This document shows positions 39,045-49,375 of a stretch of 64,000 bases of DNA, in pieces. Position 1 is the stretch's first letter. Each line of letters begins with the position of its first letter. Both the position numbers and the translations under genes were made by a program. Below the pieces are notes generated by a model. That model was not told where the DNA came from and ran no database searches. It saw nothing but the letters and a program-made list of their open reading frames with translations. This stretch comes from Spirochaetia bacterium (GTDB lineage: Bacteria; Spirochaetota; Spirochaetia; DSM-2461). The stretch covers positions 672,001 through 736,000 of the forward strand of contig CAXXIA010000001.1 of assembly GCA_963666985.2 (NCBI GenBank). Reading direction: 5' to 3'.

Positions 39045-40441
39045 TTATTTCCTCCTGCGGACCTGCGCGGCATGAATCTCCAGACGGGCGAGAGCGCGGA
39101 GGCTGAGATTTCACGGGCGAAATTCACCACTCCCTCAAAACCGGCCAAGGCGATTTTTCGTTCATGGTTGTGGTCGCAGAATCCCACGCCGATTTTGTAG
39201 GCGATGGGACGTTCCTTTACGCCGCCGATGAAAAGATCGATATCTTTTTCTTTGATGAAATGAGAGAGCTCCAGAGGGTTGGAATCGTCAACGATCACCA
39301 TGCCCTCATCGCCCATTTCTTCGAGACGTTTGTAATCGTCTTCATTGCCGGTTTGGGATCCGGCCAGTTCAACCGAGACTCCCAGCGAACGCAGGATTTT
39401 CAGGAGACTGAACGTTTTAAAGGCTCCGCCGACATAGAGCCCGGCCTTTTTACCTTTCAATCGATCGGCATACTGCCGAATCTTCGGCCAGGTTCTCGCG
39501 GTTTCGTCGGCCACCAGGTTTCGTGCCCGCTGCCGAATCATTTCAGCGTGCCCGGAATCCAATCCGATCCGGCCGGCATTCCCGACAAACCAATCGGCCA
39601 CATCATAAAGGGCGGCTGCGCAGTCTTCGATTCCGAAGTAGCTCACCCTTAAAAAGGGAATGCCGTACTTTTTTTCCATTTCCTGCGCCAGAGGTGTGAG
39701 TGAGCCGGAACACTGAACGACATTCAGGGCGGCACCGTGTGCTTTGGAGACATCTTCCACCCGGCCGTCTCCGGTCAGGATGGAGACGACCTTCACGCCC
39801 ATCCGCTCGTAATAGTCCCGGATAATCCAGGCCTCGCCGGCCAGGTTGAATTCGCCCAGAATATTGATGCCGGCGGGAGGTATTCCGGAAATATCGCCGG
39901 TGCCCACCAATTTCTCCAGAGCCGTGCAGGCGGCTTTGTAACCGTCCTTTTTGGTTCCTTTAAATCCTTCGGAATGAACCGGGATAACCGGTATCCCCTT
40001 TATTGCCGTCATTTTTCCGCACACGGCATCCACATCGTCGCCGATGGCGCCTATGATGCAGGTTGCGTACACGAAAGCCGCTTTCGGGCTGTATTGATCA
40101 ATCAGCTGATCCAGACTCCGTTCCAGTTTTTTCTCGCCGCCGTAAACCACATCAAGCTCCCGGAGGTCCGTGGAGAAGCTTTTGCGGTGCAGTTCCTCTC
40201 CGGAACTGAGTGAGCCCCGGATGTCCCAGGTATAGGCCGCGCATCCGATGGGGCCGTGAATCAGATGCAGGGCATCGGCGATGGGGTAGAGAACCACTCG
40301 GGAGCCGCAAAAGACGCAGGCCCGCTGACTGACCGATCCGGCTGCGCTGTTTTTATCGCATTCAAGTTTGAATGGAGAGGCGCCTTTTTCGTGTATTTGC
40401 CCGATTCTTGATTCCAGAATCGCCGATGCACTGCTATTCAT
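39041..40441 (-). CDS. nifE: Nitrogenase FeMo-co scaffold subunit NifE
   Basis: SQRACVFCG, HGPIGC, TCIIG, VQCSGS, DHNHER. Confidence 0.95.
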   Translation of the reverse strand: MNSSASAILESRIGQIHEKGASPFKLECDKNSAAGSVSQRACVFCGSRVVLYPIADALHLIHGPIGCAAYTWDIRGSLSSGEELHRKSFSTDLRELDVVYGGEKKLERSLDQLIDQYSPKAAFVYATCIIGAIGDDVDAVCGKMTAIKGIPVIPVHSEGFKGTKKDGYKAACTALEKLVGTGDISGIPPAGINILGEFNLAGEAWIIRDYYERMGVKVVSILTGDGRVEDVSKAHGAALNVVQCSGSLTPLAQEMEKKYGIPFLRVSYFGIEDCAAALYDVADWFVGNAGRIGLDSGHAEMIRQRARNLVADETARTWPKIRQYADRLKGKKAGLYVGGAFKTFSLLKILRSLGVSVELAGSQTGNEDDYKRLEEMGDEGMVIVDDSNPLELSHFIKEKDIDLFIGGVKERPIAYKIGVGFCDHNHERKIALAGFEGVVNFAREISASALSPVWRFMPRRSAGGNK

Positions 40442-40453
40442 TTTTTACGTTCC

Positions 40454-41836
40454 CTACATAACCAGTTCCATGGTGATATCCGTGGCGTCCCGGTCCTGAC
40501 GGTCCATCAGGGCGCCGAGGATTTTTTCCATCAGGCGCATGGCGCCTTTGTATCCCACGGTGGGAAACTGGGCGTGTCCGACTCTGTCGTAAATCGGAAA
40601 TCCGTGACGGACAAACGGAATGTCGTCATCCTTGCCAATGTATTTCCCGTAGGAGTTGCCGATCAAGAGATTTACCGGTTCGTTCTTAATCCACTGATGC
40701 ATCAGGAACATGTCTTTGTTTTTTCCGTTGGCGAATTTGGCTTCGGGTACGGCTTCGTTAAGGATTGCAGTCATTCGTTTTTCAAAGGCCTTTCCGGATG
40801 TTCCCGAAACGATATAAACAGGCCTCATGTCCAGATCCACCAGAAATTCGGTGAGCGGAATCAGCTGATCCGGATCGCCCCAGAGGGCCACGCGTTTTCC
40901 GGAAAAGTACTGCTGCATGTCTACGGCCATATCCACGGCCATTCCCCGTTCATCGGTGATGGCATCGGGAACAGGGGCGCCGCAGGATTTGGAGACGGCC
41001 TGCAGAAACCGGTCCGTGGCCCTGATGCCCAGAGGCAGATCCAGGACTTCGCTCGGAACCTGATGCAGTTTGCGGAGGATTTCTCCGCCGCCTTCGGAAG
41101 CCCATTTGCCGAGACAAAAGGTTTTTCGAGCGCTGCTCATGGTTTTGATGTCTTTTACTTTGGTTCCGCCCTTGGGAAAGAACATGTGCTTGCCGGTAAG
41201 CGGCGCATCCAGAACGTCGGAGGTATCCGGCAGCATGGTGAATTTCACATCCATGGCTTTCAGAATGCGTTTGATTTCCCTCATATCGCCGGGTTCCACC
41301 CAGCCGGGGATAATGTTGAACCGGTCGGAAACCGATTCGGATTCTTCGGCCAGAAGCTTCAGCGCGGCGGCCACCATGTTGGAAAAACCGGTAACGTGGG
41401 TTCCCACATAACTGGGGGTATTGGCGTAGATAACCGTTTTCCCTTGCGGGATTTTGCCTTCTTCGGCAGCTTTTCTGGTAATCTGGGCCAGATCGTCCCC
41501 GATTGTTTCCGAGAGACACGTGGAATGGATGGCGACAATTTCCGGATTATAGATGGCGAACAAGTTGTTCAGGGCCTGTAAAAGGTTGGACTGACCGCCG
41601 AACACGGATGCTCCTTCGGTGAACGATGAAGTTCCGGCCATCACCGGTTCCTTGTAATGGCGGGTGAGCGCCGAACGGTGATAAGCGCAGCACCCTTGAG
41701 AGCCGTGCGAATGCGGCAGACATCCGTGAATGCCCAGAGCCGCGTACATGGCTCCGACAGGCTGGCATGTTTTGGCCGGGTTAACGGTTAATGCCTTGCG
41801 CTCGGCAACGTCGGCCGTTGTATGTTTTAACAGCAT
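40454..41836 (-). CDS. nifK: Nitrogenase MoFe protein beta chain
   Basis: NPAKTCQP, HGSQGCCAYHR, STCLSETIGDD, TPSYVG. Confidence 0.95.
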   Translation of the reverse strand: MLLKHTTADVAERKALTVNPAKTCQPVGAMYAALGIHGCLPHSHGSQGCCAYHRSALTRHYKEPVMAGTSSFTEGASVFGGQSNLLQALNNLFAIYNPEIVAIHSTCLSETIGDDLAQITRKAAEEGKIPQGKTVIYANTPSYVGTHVTGFSNMVAAALKLLAEESESVSDRFNIIPGWVEPGDMREIKRILKAMDVKFTMLPDTSDVLDAPLTGKHMFFPKGGTKVKDIKTMSSARKTFCLGKWASEGGGEILRKLHQVPSEVLDLPLGIRATDRFLQAVSKSCGAPVPDAITDERGMAVDMAVDMQQYFSGKRVALWGDPDQLIPLTEFLVDLDMRPVYIVSGTSGKAFEKRMTAILNEAVPEAKFANGKNKDMFLMHQWIKNEPVNLLIGNSYGKYIGKDDDIPFVRHGFPIYDRVGHAQFPTVGYKGAMRLMEKILGALMDRQDRDATDITMELVM

Positions 41837-43476
41837 TACTCGCTCCTTTCGTTGTTTGAAACGTAGTCGGCATCAATGGAATCGGGATTCTCCCAGGGGG
41901 CCCCCACCAAATCCCAAATGCGTGAATTGGTCATGCGGTCGATTTCCCTGTAGAAGTTGACCGCTCCGGCAAATCCCGCGAAGGGGCCGCCGTAGTCGTA
42001 GCTGTGCAGCTGCTTTAAGGGCACGCCCATTTTCTGCACGGCGTATTTTTCCTTGATTCCGGCGCAGAATACCGACGGATGATAGATTTCGATCAGTTTT
42101 TCCATTTCCAGATGACTGATGTCGTCGATAACGAACGATTCGTTATCCATTTCCTTCATCATGCCTTCGTAGTCGTTGAACTCGAATCCGCCGGATTTCA
42201 TTGTTTCCATTTCCTCATTCGTTTTTCGCGGACTGTAGCGCTCGGAGTCGGCTTCCACATGGAGTTCTTCGATGTTCCGGGAATCGGCATCCACTTTCAG
42301 GCCGGGAAGAATCTCGCGGCCTTCGTAGTCGTCGCGGTGCGCAAACTCGTAGCCCGCGGCCAGGGTTCTCATTCCCATCTCGGTAAAGAGTTCCTGATAA
42401 TGATGGGCGCGGCTCCCGCCGACAAACATCATGGCGGTTTTTCCGGCGGTTTTCGGTTTGATCACTTTCAGGGCGTCATTGACTTTGGCTTCTTCCTCGG
42501 CGATGACTTTCTCCACTTGAGCGGAAAGATTTTTGTCGCCGAAATACTCGGCCATTTTTCGAAGAGATTTGGCCGTGGCCTTGGCGCCGATAAAATTGAT
42601 TTTGAACCAGGGAATCCCGTATTTCTTCTCCATCATTTCCGCCACGTAATTTATGGAACGGTGGCACATCACCACGTTCAGATCGGCCGTATGGCTTTTT
42701 GCGAATTTGTCGTAAGAGGAATTGCCGCTGAACGTGGAAATGAGGGTGAATCCGCAGCGTTCGAGGAGATCTTCAATAACAAACGCATCCCCCCCGATAT
42801 TGTATTCTCCCAGAATATTGACTTTGAATTTTCCTTCGGGAGCCGCATCATCGAGCCCGATGACATGCTTGAAAAGCTGGTTGTTGGCGATGTGGTGACC
42901 GGCCGACTGGCTGACACCCTTGTAGCCTTCGCAGCTGAAGGCGAAGACGTTGCAGTCGCCGAATTTGGCGCTCATGTCCTTGGCCACCTGGTGAATATCA
43001 TCACCGATGAGCCCGATGGGGCAGGTGGCGAACACGCCGATGGCTTTGGGATGGAAGATGTCGTAGGCCTCCTGAATGGCCAGCGTGAGTTTTTTCTCTC
43101 CGCCGAAGACGATGTTGGAATCCTCCATGTCCGTACTGAAGCAGTAGGTTATGTAGTTATCGCCGTCTTCTCCGGCATCGGTCTGGTTCCGGCGGGTGAG
43201 CCAGGAATAAAAACCGCAGCCGATGGGTCCGTGGGTAAGGTTGATGATGTCGCGGGTGGGTCCGAGAACAACCCCTTTACAGCCCGCGTAAGTACAGCCC
43301 CGCTGAGTGATGATTCCGGGAATCGTCCGGACATTGGCCTGGATTTCCTGAACTTCCCCCGGCTCGTTCGCCACGATGGACTTCCGCCGCTTTCGGGCCA
43401 CTTTGGGAGGATAGGCTTCCAGTACCGTCTCGATAAATTCCTCTCTTGTCATATTCTTTTCGATCGTGCTCGACAT
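41836..43476 (-). CDS. nifD: Nitrogenase MoFe protein alpha chain
   Basis: RGCTYAGC, GPIGC, TCPIG, GVSQSAGHH, MCHRS, GYEFAH, LHSYDY; start MSSTIEK. Confidence 0.95.
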   Translation of the reverse strand: MSSTIEKNMTREEFIETVLEAYPPKVARKRRKSIVANEPGEVQEIQANVRTIPGIITQRGCTYAGCKGVVLGPTRDIINLTHGPIGCGFYSWLTRRNQTDAGEDGDNYITYCFSTDMEDSNIVFGGEKKLTLAIQEAYDIFHPKAIGVFATCPIGLIGDDIHQVAKDMSAKFGDCNVFAFSCEGYKGVSQSAGHHIANNQLFKHVIGLDDAAPEGKFKVNILGEYNIGGDAFVIEDLLERCGFTLISTFSGNSSYDKFAKSHTADLNVVMCHRSINYVAEMMEKKYGIPWFKINFIGAKATAKSLRKMAEYFGDKNLSAQVEKVIAEEEAKVNDALKVIKPKTAGKTAMMFVGGSRAHHYQELFTEMGMRTLAAGYEFAHRDDYEGREILPGLKVDADSRNIEELHVEADSERYSPRKTNEEMETMKSGGFEFNDYEGMMKEMDNESFVIDDISHLEMEKLIEIYHPSVFCAGIKEKYAVQKMGVPLKQLHSYDYGGPFAGFAGAVNFYREIDRMTNSRIWDLVGAPWENPDSIDADYVSNNERSE

Positions 43477-43498
43477 TGCGATTTCCTTTACTGAACAA

Positions 43499-43876
43499 TT
43501 ACTGGACAATACTCGGTCCGGATTCACCGGTGCGGATTCGATAGACTTCCGGTGTATCGACAACGAAGATTTTTCCGTCTCCGGCTTTTCCGGTACGGTT
43601 GGCATCCATGATGGTTTCCACCGCTTTCTCAACGTCTTTGTCGTTGACGGTTAACAGCAGCATCCTTTTGGACATCAGGCGAGGACCTTCTCCCAGAAGA
43701 GCCGCCGCATATTCGTTCCCTTCATCGGCCGCTTTAAGCACCTTGTGATCGACAAGGCCTTTCCCGCGGCCCAGGACTCGGCCGGTAGCGGTTACCGAAG
43801 AAAAGCCGGCGTTCATCAAGGCTTTTTTCGTTTCGTTCATCCGGTTGATCCGGACGATGGCCATGATTTCCTTCAC
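43499..43876 (-). CDS. nifI2: PII-like nitrogenase regulator NifI2
   Basis: MKEIMAIVR, GRGKG, GDGKIFV, RIRTGE; between nifI1 and nifD. Confidence 0.88.
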   Translation of the reverse strand: MKEIMAIVRINRMNETKKALMNAGFSSVTATGRVLGRGKGLVDHKVLKAADEGNEYAAALLGEGPRLMSKRMLLLTVNDKDVEKAVETIMDANRTGKAGDGKIFVVDTPEVYRIRTGESGPSIVQ

Positions 43877-44199
43877 AGTACGGCCTCTCCGGTTCTGACC
43901 GTATAAGCGGCTTCAACGCTTTGAACGAAGATCTTTCCGTCTCCGAACTTTCCTTCTTCTCCGCTTTTGGCTTTATCCATGATGATCTTGATCACCATGT
44001 CTTTATCTTCATCTTCCACGACATTGATAAGCATTTCCTTAGGCAGCTCGTCATAGACGACTTCACCGATTCTCAAGCCTTTCTGCCTGCCGCGTCCGGC
44101 GACGCTTACCTTGGTAACAGCCGAGAAACCGGCTTCCAGAAGAGCATCCATAACCTCGTGCACTTTTTCCGGGCGCAAGACCGATTTAATCATGACCAT
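43873..44199 (-). CDS. nifI1: PII-like nitrogenase regulator NifI1
   Basis: RPEKV, GRGRQKG, YDELPKE, FGDGKIFV. Confidence 0.88.
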   Translation of the reverse strand: MVMIKSVLRPEKVHEVMDALLEAGFSAVTKVSVAGRGRQKGLRIGEVVYDELPKEMLINVVEDEDKDMVIKIIMDKAKSGEEGKFGDGKIFVQSVEAAYTVRTGEAVL

Positions 44200-44211
44200 T
44201 GACTTTTCCTC

Positions 44212-45039
<828 letters not shown>

Positions 45040-45074
45040 TCAATTCCTCCGAATGGATGACTTGATCTTCTATA

Positions 45075-45091
45075 AACAAGGATTGTGCCAA
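45075..45091 (-). promoter_or_regulatory. Sigma54 -24/-12 promoter of nifH operon (variant -12)
   Basis: TTGGCACAATCCTTGTT (GG-N10-GT). Confidence 0.75.
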
Positions 45092-45118
45092 TGTGGCTTT
45101 TTGAATTTTTAAGTTTTT

Positions 45119-45131
45119 TAAATTACTGATA
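45119..45131 (-). promoter_or_regulatory. IHF-like binding site upstream of nifH promoter
   Basis: TATCAGTAATTTA matches WATCAR-N4-TTR inside an AT-rich tract. Confidence 0.55.
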
Positions 45132-45257
45132 TATAAGGAAATAAGTTATTTAATCCGTATGGGAACGTGAACAGGCGGCATGAACGAAAAGGAACAAAAT
45201 CGAGATTTCGTACGAAAAGGGAAGAAAAGCGACGGAACTCCGAGTGTTCAATCGGTT

Positions 45258-45719
45258 TCAGTTATCGCCGCCGCCGTCTATGGGAGTCATGAGGACATTG
45301 AGTTCATCAAGAGAAATCATATCGCTGTCCAACTTTGCGCCTTCGGCGTCTTTCAGTTCCAATCGAATATTCTTTACGTCGTCAAAATGCGCGGCGGCGA
45401 TTCTTCTGAGTTTGGGCCTCATCGTTTCGAAAGGCGCGGCAAACGCTCCTTCGGTGGCCAATAGATCATCGAGAAGTCGGCTGTAGGCCCGTTTGAGCTT
45501 CATGACCGAATGCAAATACGTATTGCGGCGGATTAAAAGAGTATTGTCCTTTAAGGAACCGTAGATCCTTTGTATTGAGGTATCGATGAACAAGGTGTCT
45601 TCCAGGATCTTCTCCGCGAAATAATCCGCATCGACATTGAGTCTTACCGCGTCGTTGAGTGTTCTTATAAGAGCGGTAAGGAAGTAAATGTTGTCGTCGT
45701 AATGAATTTTCTCAGGCAT
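45258..45719 (-). CDS. Hypothetical protein
   Basis: MPEKIHYDDNIYFL..., GAGG SD, helical composition. Confidence 0.7.
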   Translation of the reverse strand: MPEKIHYDDNIYFLTALIRTLNDAVRLNVDADYFAEKILEDTLFIDTSIQRIYGSLKDNTLLIRRNTYLHSVMKLKRAYSRLLDDLLATEGAFAAPFETMRPKLRRIAAAHFDDVKNIRLELKDAEGAKLDSDMISLDELNVLMTPIDGGGDN

Positions 45720-45769
45720 CGGCTTCCTCGGAATGTACACCGGTATTATCGGTTCATGGAAGCGTCAGC

Positions 45770-45798
45770 TTGACGGATATTGCCTTTCCGGGTAGTGT
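45770..45798 (+). promoter_or_regulatory. Sigma70-type promoter of rpsF operon
   Basis: TTGACG-N17-TAGTGT. Confidence 0.6.
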
Positions 45799-45803
45799 AT
45801 TTC

Positions 45804-45852
45804 GACTCCTTTCCCGCATCTGAGGCGGGACGAGTAAGTCCAAAAGGAGAGG
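45804..45852 (+). promoter_or_regulatory. Putative S6:S18 autoregulatory leader RNA
   Basis: CTCCTTT complementary to the SD-containing AAAGGAG, enclosing a tcccgc/gcggga hairpin. Confidence 0.6.
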
Positions 45853-45859
45853 ACATTTC

Positions 45860-46141
45860 ATGAGAACCTACGAATTGGTTTGCGCCTTCCGTATGAAGGA
45901 AGGCCAGGATGTGGCGGGCATTGAAGCCGTCAAGGCGATCCTAAAGGATGCCGAAGCCGCAATTAAAGCGGAAGAAGACATGGGCGACCGTGAACTTGCG
46001 TACGAGATCGCCAAGGAAACACGGGGACGCTACCGTCTCTTCAATGTCGAATTGAATCAGGAAAAACTGCCTCAAATTGAGTCGGCGATGAAGCTCCGTA
46101 CGGAGATTCTTCGTTATCTCTTTGTTGTAAACGACGACTGA
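45860..46141 (+). CDS. rpsF: 30S ribosomal protein S6
   Basis: MRTYEL, GDRELAYEI, ILRYL. Confidence 0.92.
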   Translation: MRTYELVCAFRMKEGQDVAGIEAVKAILKDAEAAIKAEEDMGDRELAYEIAKETRGRYRLFNVELNQEKLPQIESAMKLRTEILRYLFVVNDD

Positions 46142-46158
46142 GACCTGGGGTTTCGAGT

Positions 46159-46608
46159 ATGGCCGATATTAATAAAGTAGTGCTCGTGGGGCGATTAACC
46201 CGCGATGCCGAGCAATCCTACACACAAAACGGTTATGCACTGTTGAAATTCAGTATTGCCGTTAATCGGCGACGGAAGCAGGGCGATCAGTGGGTGGATG
46301 AAGCGAATTTCTTTGATGTTACCAGTTTCGGCCGTCAGGGCGAAGCCATAGCCTCTTATATGACAAAGGGCAGGCAGGTGGCGGTCGAAGGACAGCTGAG
46401 ACAAGATCGCTGGGAAGCTCAGGACGGATCGAAGAGATCGAAAGTTTATATTGACGCCAATTACGTCCAGCTCCTTGGAGGACGTGAGGGCGGCGGCAAA
46501 ATCGGCGGCGGCGAGGGAGGCTGGGAGCCTCAGCACTACGACGAACAGCCGTCGAGGCCGAGTTTCCAGGGACCGTCCGCGAGCTTCGAGGACGACATTC
46601 CATTTTAA
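46159..46608 (+). CDS. ssb: Single-stranded DNA-binding protein
   Basis: NKVVLVGRLTRD, acidic tip DDIPF. Confidence 0.97.
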   Translation: MADINKVVLVGRLTRDAEQSYTQNGYALLKFSIAVNRRRKQGDQWVDEANFFDVTSFGRQGEAIASYMTKGRQVAVEGQLRQDRWEAQDGSKRSKVYIDANYVQLLGGREGGGKIGGGEGGWEPQHYDEQPSRPSFQGPSASFEDDIPF

Positions 46609-46628
46609 TTTAACAGGAGATAAACAAT

Positions 46629-46940
46629 ATGTCCGACAAAGATTACAACGATAAAGATTCGGGTGATGATCGCAGATCATCCTCTTCCAGAGGAGATCGG
46701 GATCATGGTTCCGCCGGCGGCGCCAGAAGAAAATACTACCGGCGCAAGGTCTGCAAGGTCTGCATCGGCAAAGTGAAGGTTGATTATAAAGATCCGGAAA
46801 CCCTTCGCCGCTTTACGACCGAAAGAGGGAAAATCCTTCCCCGACGCATTACGGGAACCTGTGCAAAGCACCAGCGGCTTGTCGCCAGGGAAATCAAGCG
46901 TGCCCGAGCTCTGGCTCTGCTCCCATTCGTGACTAAATAA
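46629..46940 (+). CDS. rpsR: 30S ribosomal protein S18 (Zn-ribbon form)
   Basis: [25 protein letters not shown]. Confidence 0.97.
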   Translation: MSDKDYNDKDSGDDRRSSSSRGDRDHGSAGGARRKYYRRKVCKVCIGKVKVDYKDPETLRRFTTERGKILPRRITGTCAKHQRLVAREIKRARALALLPFVTK

Positions 46941-46952
46941 GGAGGACGACGG

Positions 46953-47594
46953 ATGAAGGTTATTCTTTATAAAGACGTCCCGAATCTGGGTGAAGAGGGC
47001 GATATTAAAATTGTTACAAACGGCTATGCGCGAAATTTTCTGATTCCTCAGAAACTCGCCGTTAAGTATACCAAAGCGACCGAAATTGAATTGGCTCAGA
47101 AGCAGCAGGCCATCGCCCGCCGAAAAGCGGAGAAGACGAAGAATGCATCCGATCTGAAAACTCGCATTGAGAGTATCGATATGGAACTTGCCGCTTCCGC
47201 CGGGGACAAAGGCCGGCTTTTCGGTTCCATTACTTCCGCCGCCATCGTCGATTATTTATCCGCTCAGGGAATTGAGATTGAACGCAAGAAAATCGAACTT
47301 CCCGACGGCGGAATCAAAACCGTGGGAAACCACAGCGTCAGGGTGAGGCTTTACGGCGGTGAAGAAGCCGTTTTGAAGATTGAGGTTAAGGCCTCGGGTG
47401 ACAAGCCCGTTATTGCCGAAGCTCCCGAAGAAGTGAAAATCGACGCGATCGGATCCGAAGAGGATGAAGAGGTTGATGAAGCTTATGCCGAGTTAACCGG
47501 CGGAATGGACATCGACGGAACCGAACAAGCCGATGATGAGGATGTCGATGACGGTACCGAAGATGATGAGGTACCCGAAGACGAAGAAGGTTAA
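46953..47594 (+). CDS. rplI: 50S ribosomal protein L9
   Basis: MKVIL, GYARNFLIP, LFGSIT; acidic C-tail. Confidence 0.96.
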   Translation: MKVILYKDVPNLGEEGDIKIVTNGYARNFLIPQKLAVKYTKATEIELAQKQQAIARRKAEKTKNASDLKTRIESIDMELAASAGDKGRLFGSITSAAIVDYLSAQGIEIERKKIELPDGGIKTVGNHSVRVRLYGGEEAVLKIEVKASGDKPVIAEAPEEVKIDAIGSEEDEEVDEAYAELTGGMDIDGTEQADDEDVDDGTEDDEVPEDEEG

Positions 47595-47602
47595 GGAACC
47601 TC

Positions 47603-48955
47603 TTGCCCGTGTCCGCTTTGAAGGACGCGATTCCGCCTTATAACGAAGAGGCGGAAATTGCGACGCTGGGTGCGCTGCTGCTGAACTTTTCCGTAGATCT
47701 GTTGGATGAAGTTCAGCAGCATGTTCGTCCGGAGGATTTCTTCAAAGGTGCTCATCAGCATATTCTGCGGGCCATTCTGGGGCTTAATGAAAAGGGAGCG
47801 GGAGTTGATATCCTTACCCTTACCGGAGAACTTTCAGCAAGAGGATTATTAGAGAAGGCCGGCGGAGCCGCTTATATCGCTTCTCTGCCTTCTCAAGTCC
47901 CTACAACGGCAAACGTCGCCTATTACGCGAAGATTGTGCAGGATGCCAGCATCCGGCGTTCTCTCTTGGATGCGGCGCGGGAAATGATTGCCGACGCACA
48001 TGACGATTCCCAGGAAACGCGTCTTATAATTGAAGAGGCCGAGAAGGCCATCTTTAATTTGAGCGATAACCAAAGCCGCGGTGATTTAAAACCCGCGAGA
48101 GACGTTATCCAGAAAACAATCGAGACAATAGAAAGCCGTTATAAAACCAAGGAAGGCTTTACGGGAATCCCTTCGGGTTTTGATGCGCTTGATAATCTGA
48201 CCAGCGGTTTTCAAAATTCGGAAATGACGATTATCGGAGCCAGGCCTTCCATCGGGAAAACGGCGCTGGCGCTTTCCATGGCGACAAACATCGCCGTAAA
48301 GAACCGCATCCCTTGCGGATTCTTTACTCTGGAAATGTCCGAAGTTTCTCTGATGATGCGTGTTGTTTCCGCCGAGAGCAAAATTAATTCAAACAATCTT
48401 CGAACCGGTCTGCTTCGCCCTACGGACTTTAATAAGCTTACCGAAGCCGCCGGAAGAATTTACGAATCGCCGCTTATCTTGCAGGATACGCCGAATATTC
48501 CGCTTTTGGACTTACGTTCTTTAGCGAGAAAAATGGTCAGCAAGTTCGGCATCAGAATCCTTTTCATCGATTATATCGGTCTGATTACACCTGAGGATAC
48601 GTCACAGCCCAGGCATGAACAGATCTCTTCAATCAGCCGTTCACTTAAAGCTCTTGCACGTGAATTGGATATTCCGGTTGTGGCGCTTTCCCAGGTTGGA
48701 AGGCAATCCGAAGGGAAACCGCCGAATCTCGCCGATTTGAGGGAATCGGGCGCTTTGGAACAGGACGCCGATGTCGTATTGTTCCTTCACCGCAATAGAA
48801 TTCTTGACACGGACGGAGAGCCGCATGAGAATAATTCTGTGGTGAAGACGGATTTGATCGTCGCCAAACAGCGGAACGGCCCCACCGATACGGTAAGTGT
48901 GGCGTTCATTCCCCATTTCACGCGTTTTGAAAATCTCAGCTACGACGACAGATAG
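47603..48955 (+). CDS. dnaB: Replicative DNA helicase
   Basis: ARPSIGKT, IDYIGL, LSQ, DLRESGALEQDAD, KQRNGPT. Confidence 0.97.
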   Translation: MPVSALKDAIPPYNEEAEIATLGALLLNFSVDLLDEVQQHVRPEDFFKGAHQHILRAILGLNEKGAGVDILTLTGELSARGLLEKAGGAAYIASLPSQVPTTANVAYYAKIVQDASIRRSLLDAAREMIADAHDDSQETRLIIEEAEKAIFNLSDNQSRGDLKPARDVIQKTIETIESRYKTKEGFTGIPSGFDALDNLTSGFQNSEMTIIGARPSIGKTALALSMATNIAVKNRIPCGFFTLEMSEVSLMMRVVSAESKINSNNLRTGLLRPTDFNKLTEAAGRIYESPLILQDTPNIPLLDLRSLARKMVSKFGIRILFIDYIGLITPEDTSQPRHEQISSISRSLKALARELDIPVVALSQVGRQSEGKPPNLADLRESGALEQDADVVLFLHRNRILDTDGEPHENNSVVKTDLIVAKQRNGPTDTVSVAFIPHFTRFENLSYDDR

Positions 48956-48968
48956 GGAGGACGCATTC

Positions 48969-49271
48969 ATGGCTTTATCGGAGAAATATGATCTTTCGGA
49001 TATGACGAATCAAATGGAAGATTTTGTTTTCGAGGAACTGGAACATCAATTGGACGCCATTGTTGACGAAGATATCTGCAAGTGCAATGACTGCATTCTC
49101 GATATGGCCTGTTATGCCTTGAACAATCTTGCTCCGAGATACAGATCTTCACTCATCGGTTCTCTGTACGCGAAGGTTGAAACCGAAGTGGAAAAACACA
49201 ACGTTAAAAAGAGCGTTTCCGAAGCCATACAGAAAATCAGTCAGAATCCTCTTTGCGGGAACGTGAAATAA
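48969..49271 (+). CDS. ComFB family protein
   Basis: NQMEDFV...CKCNDCILDMACYALNNLAPRY...NP pattern; GGAGG SD. Confidence 0.85.
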   Translation: MALSEKYDLSDMTNQMEDFVFEELEHQLDAIVDEDICKCNDCILDMACYALNNLAPRYRSSLIGSLYAKVETEVEKHNVKKSVSEAIQKISQNPLCGNVK

Positions 49272-49375
49272 GTAACGCGGGAAAACAAGATTCAATTCCG
49301 TTCGTATAAAACCATAACCGCAAACGGAATGATTCCGGCGGGGCTTTATCGTTTCATTGTTTTCCTGCTTAATGC

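Noticed and set aside
42079..43494. 471-aa plus-strand ORF (also 40574..41581)
   Set aside because: Antisense shadows of nifD/nifK
43477..43632. N-terminal extension of NifD
   Set aside because: Overlaps nifI2 in another frame; AAGGA SD precedes ATG 43476
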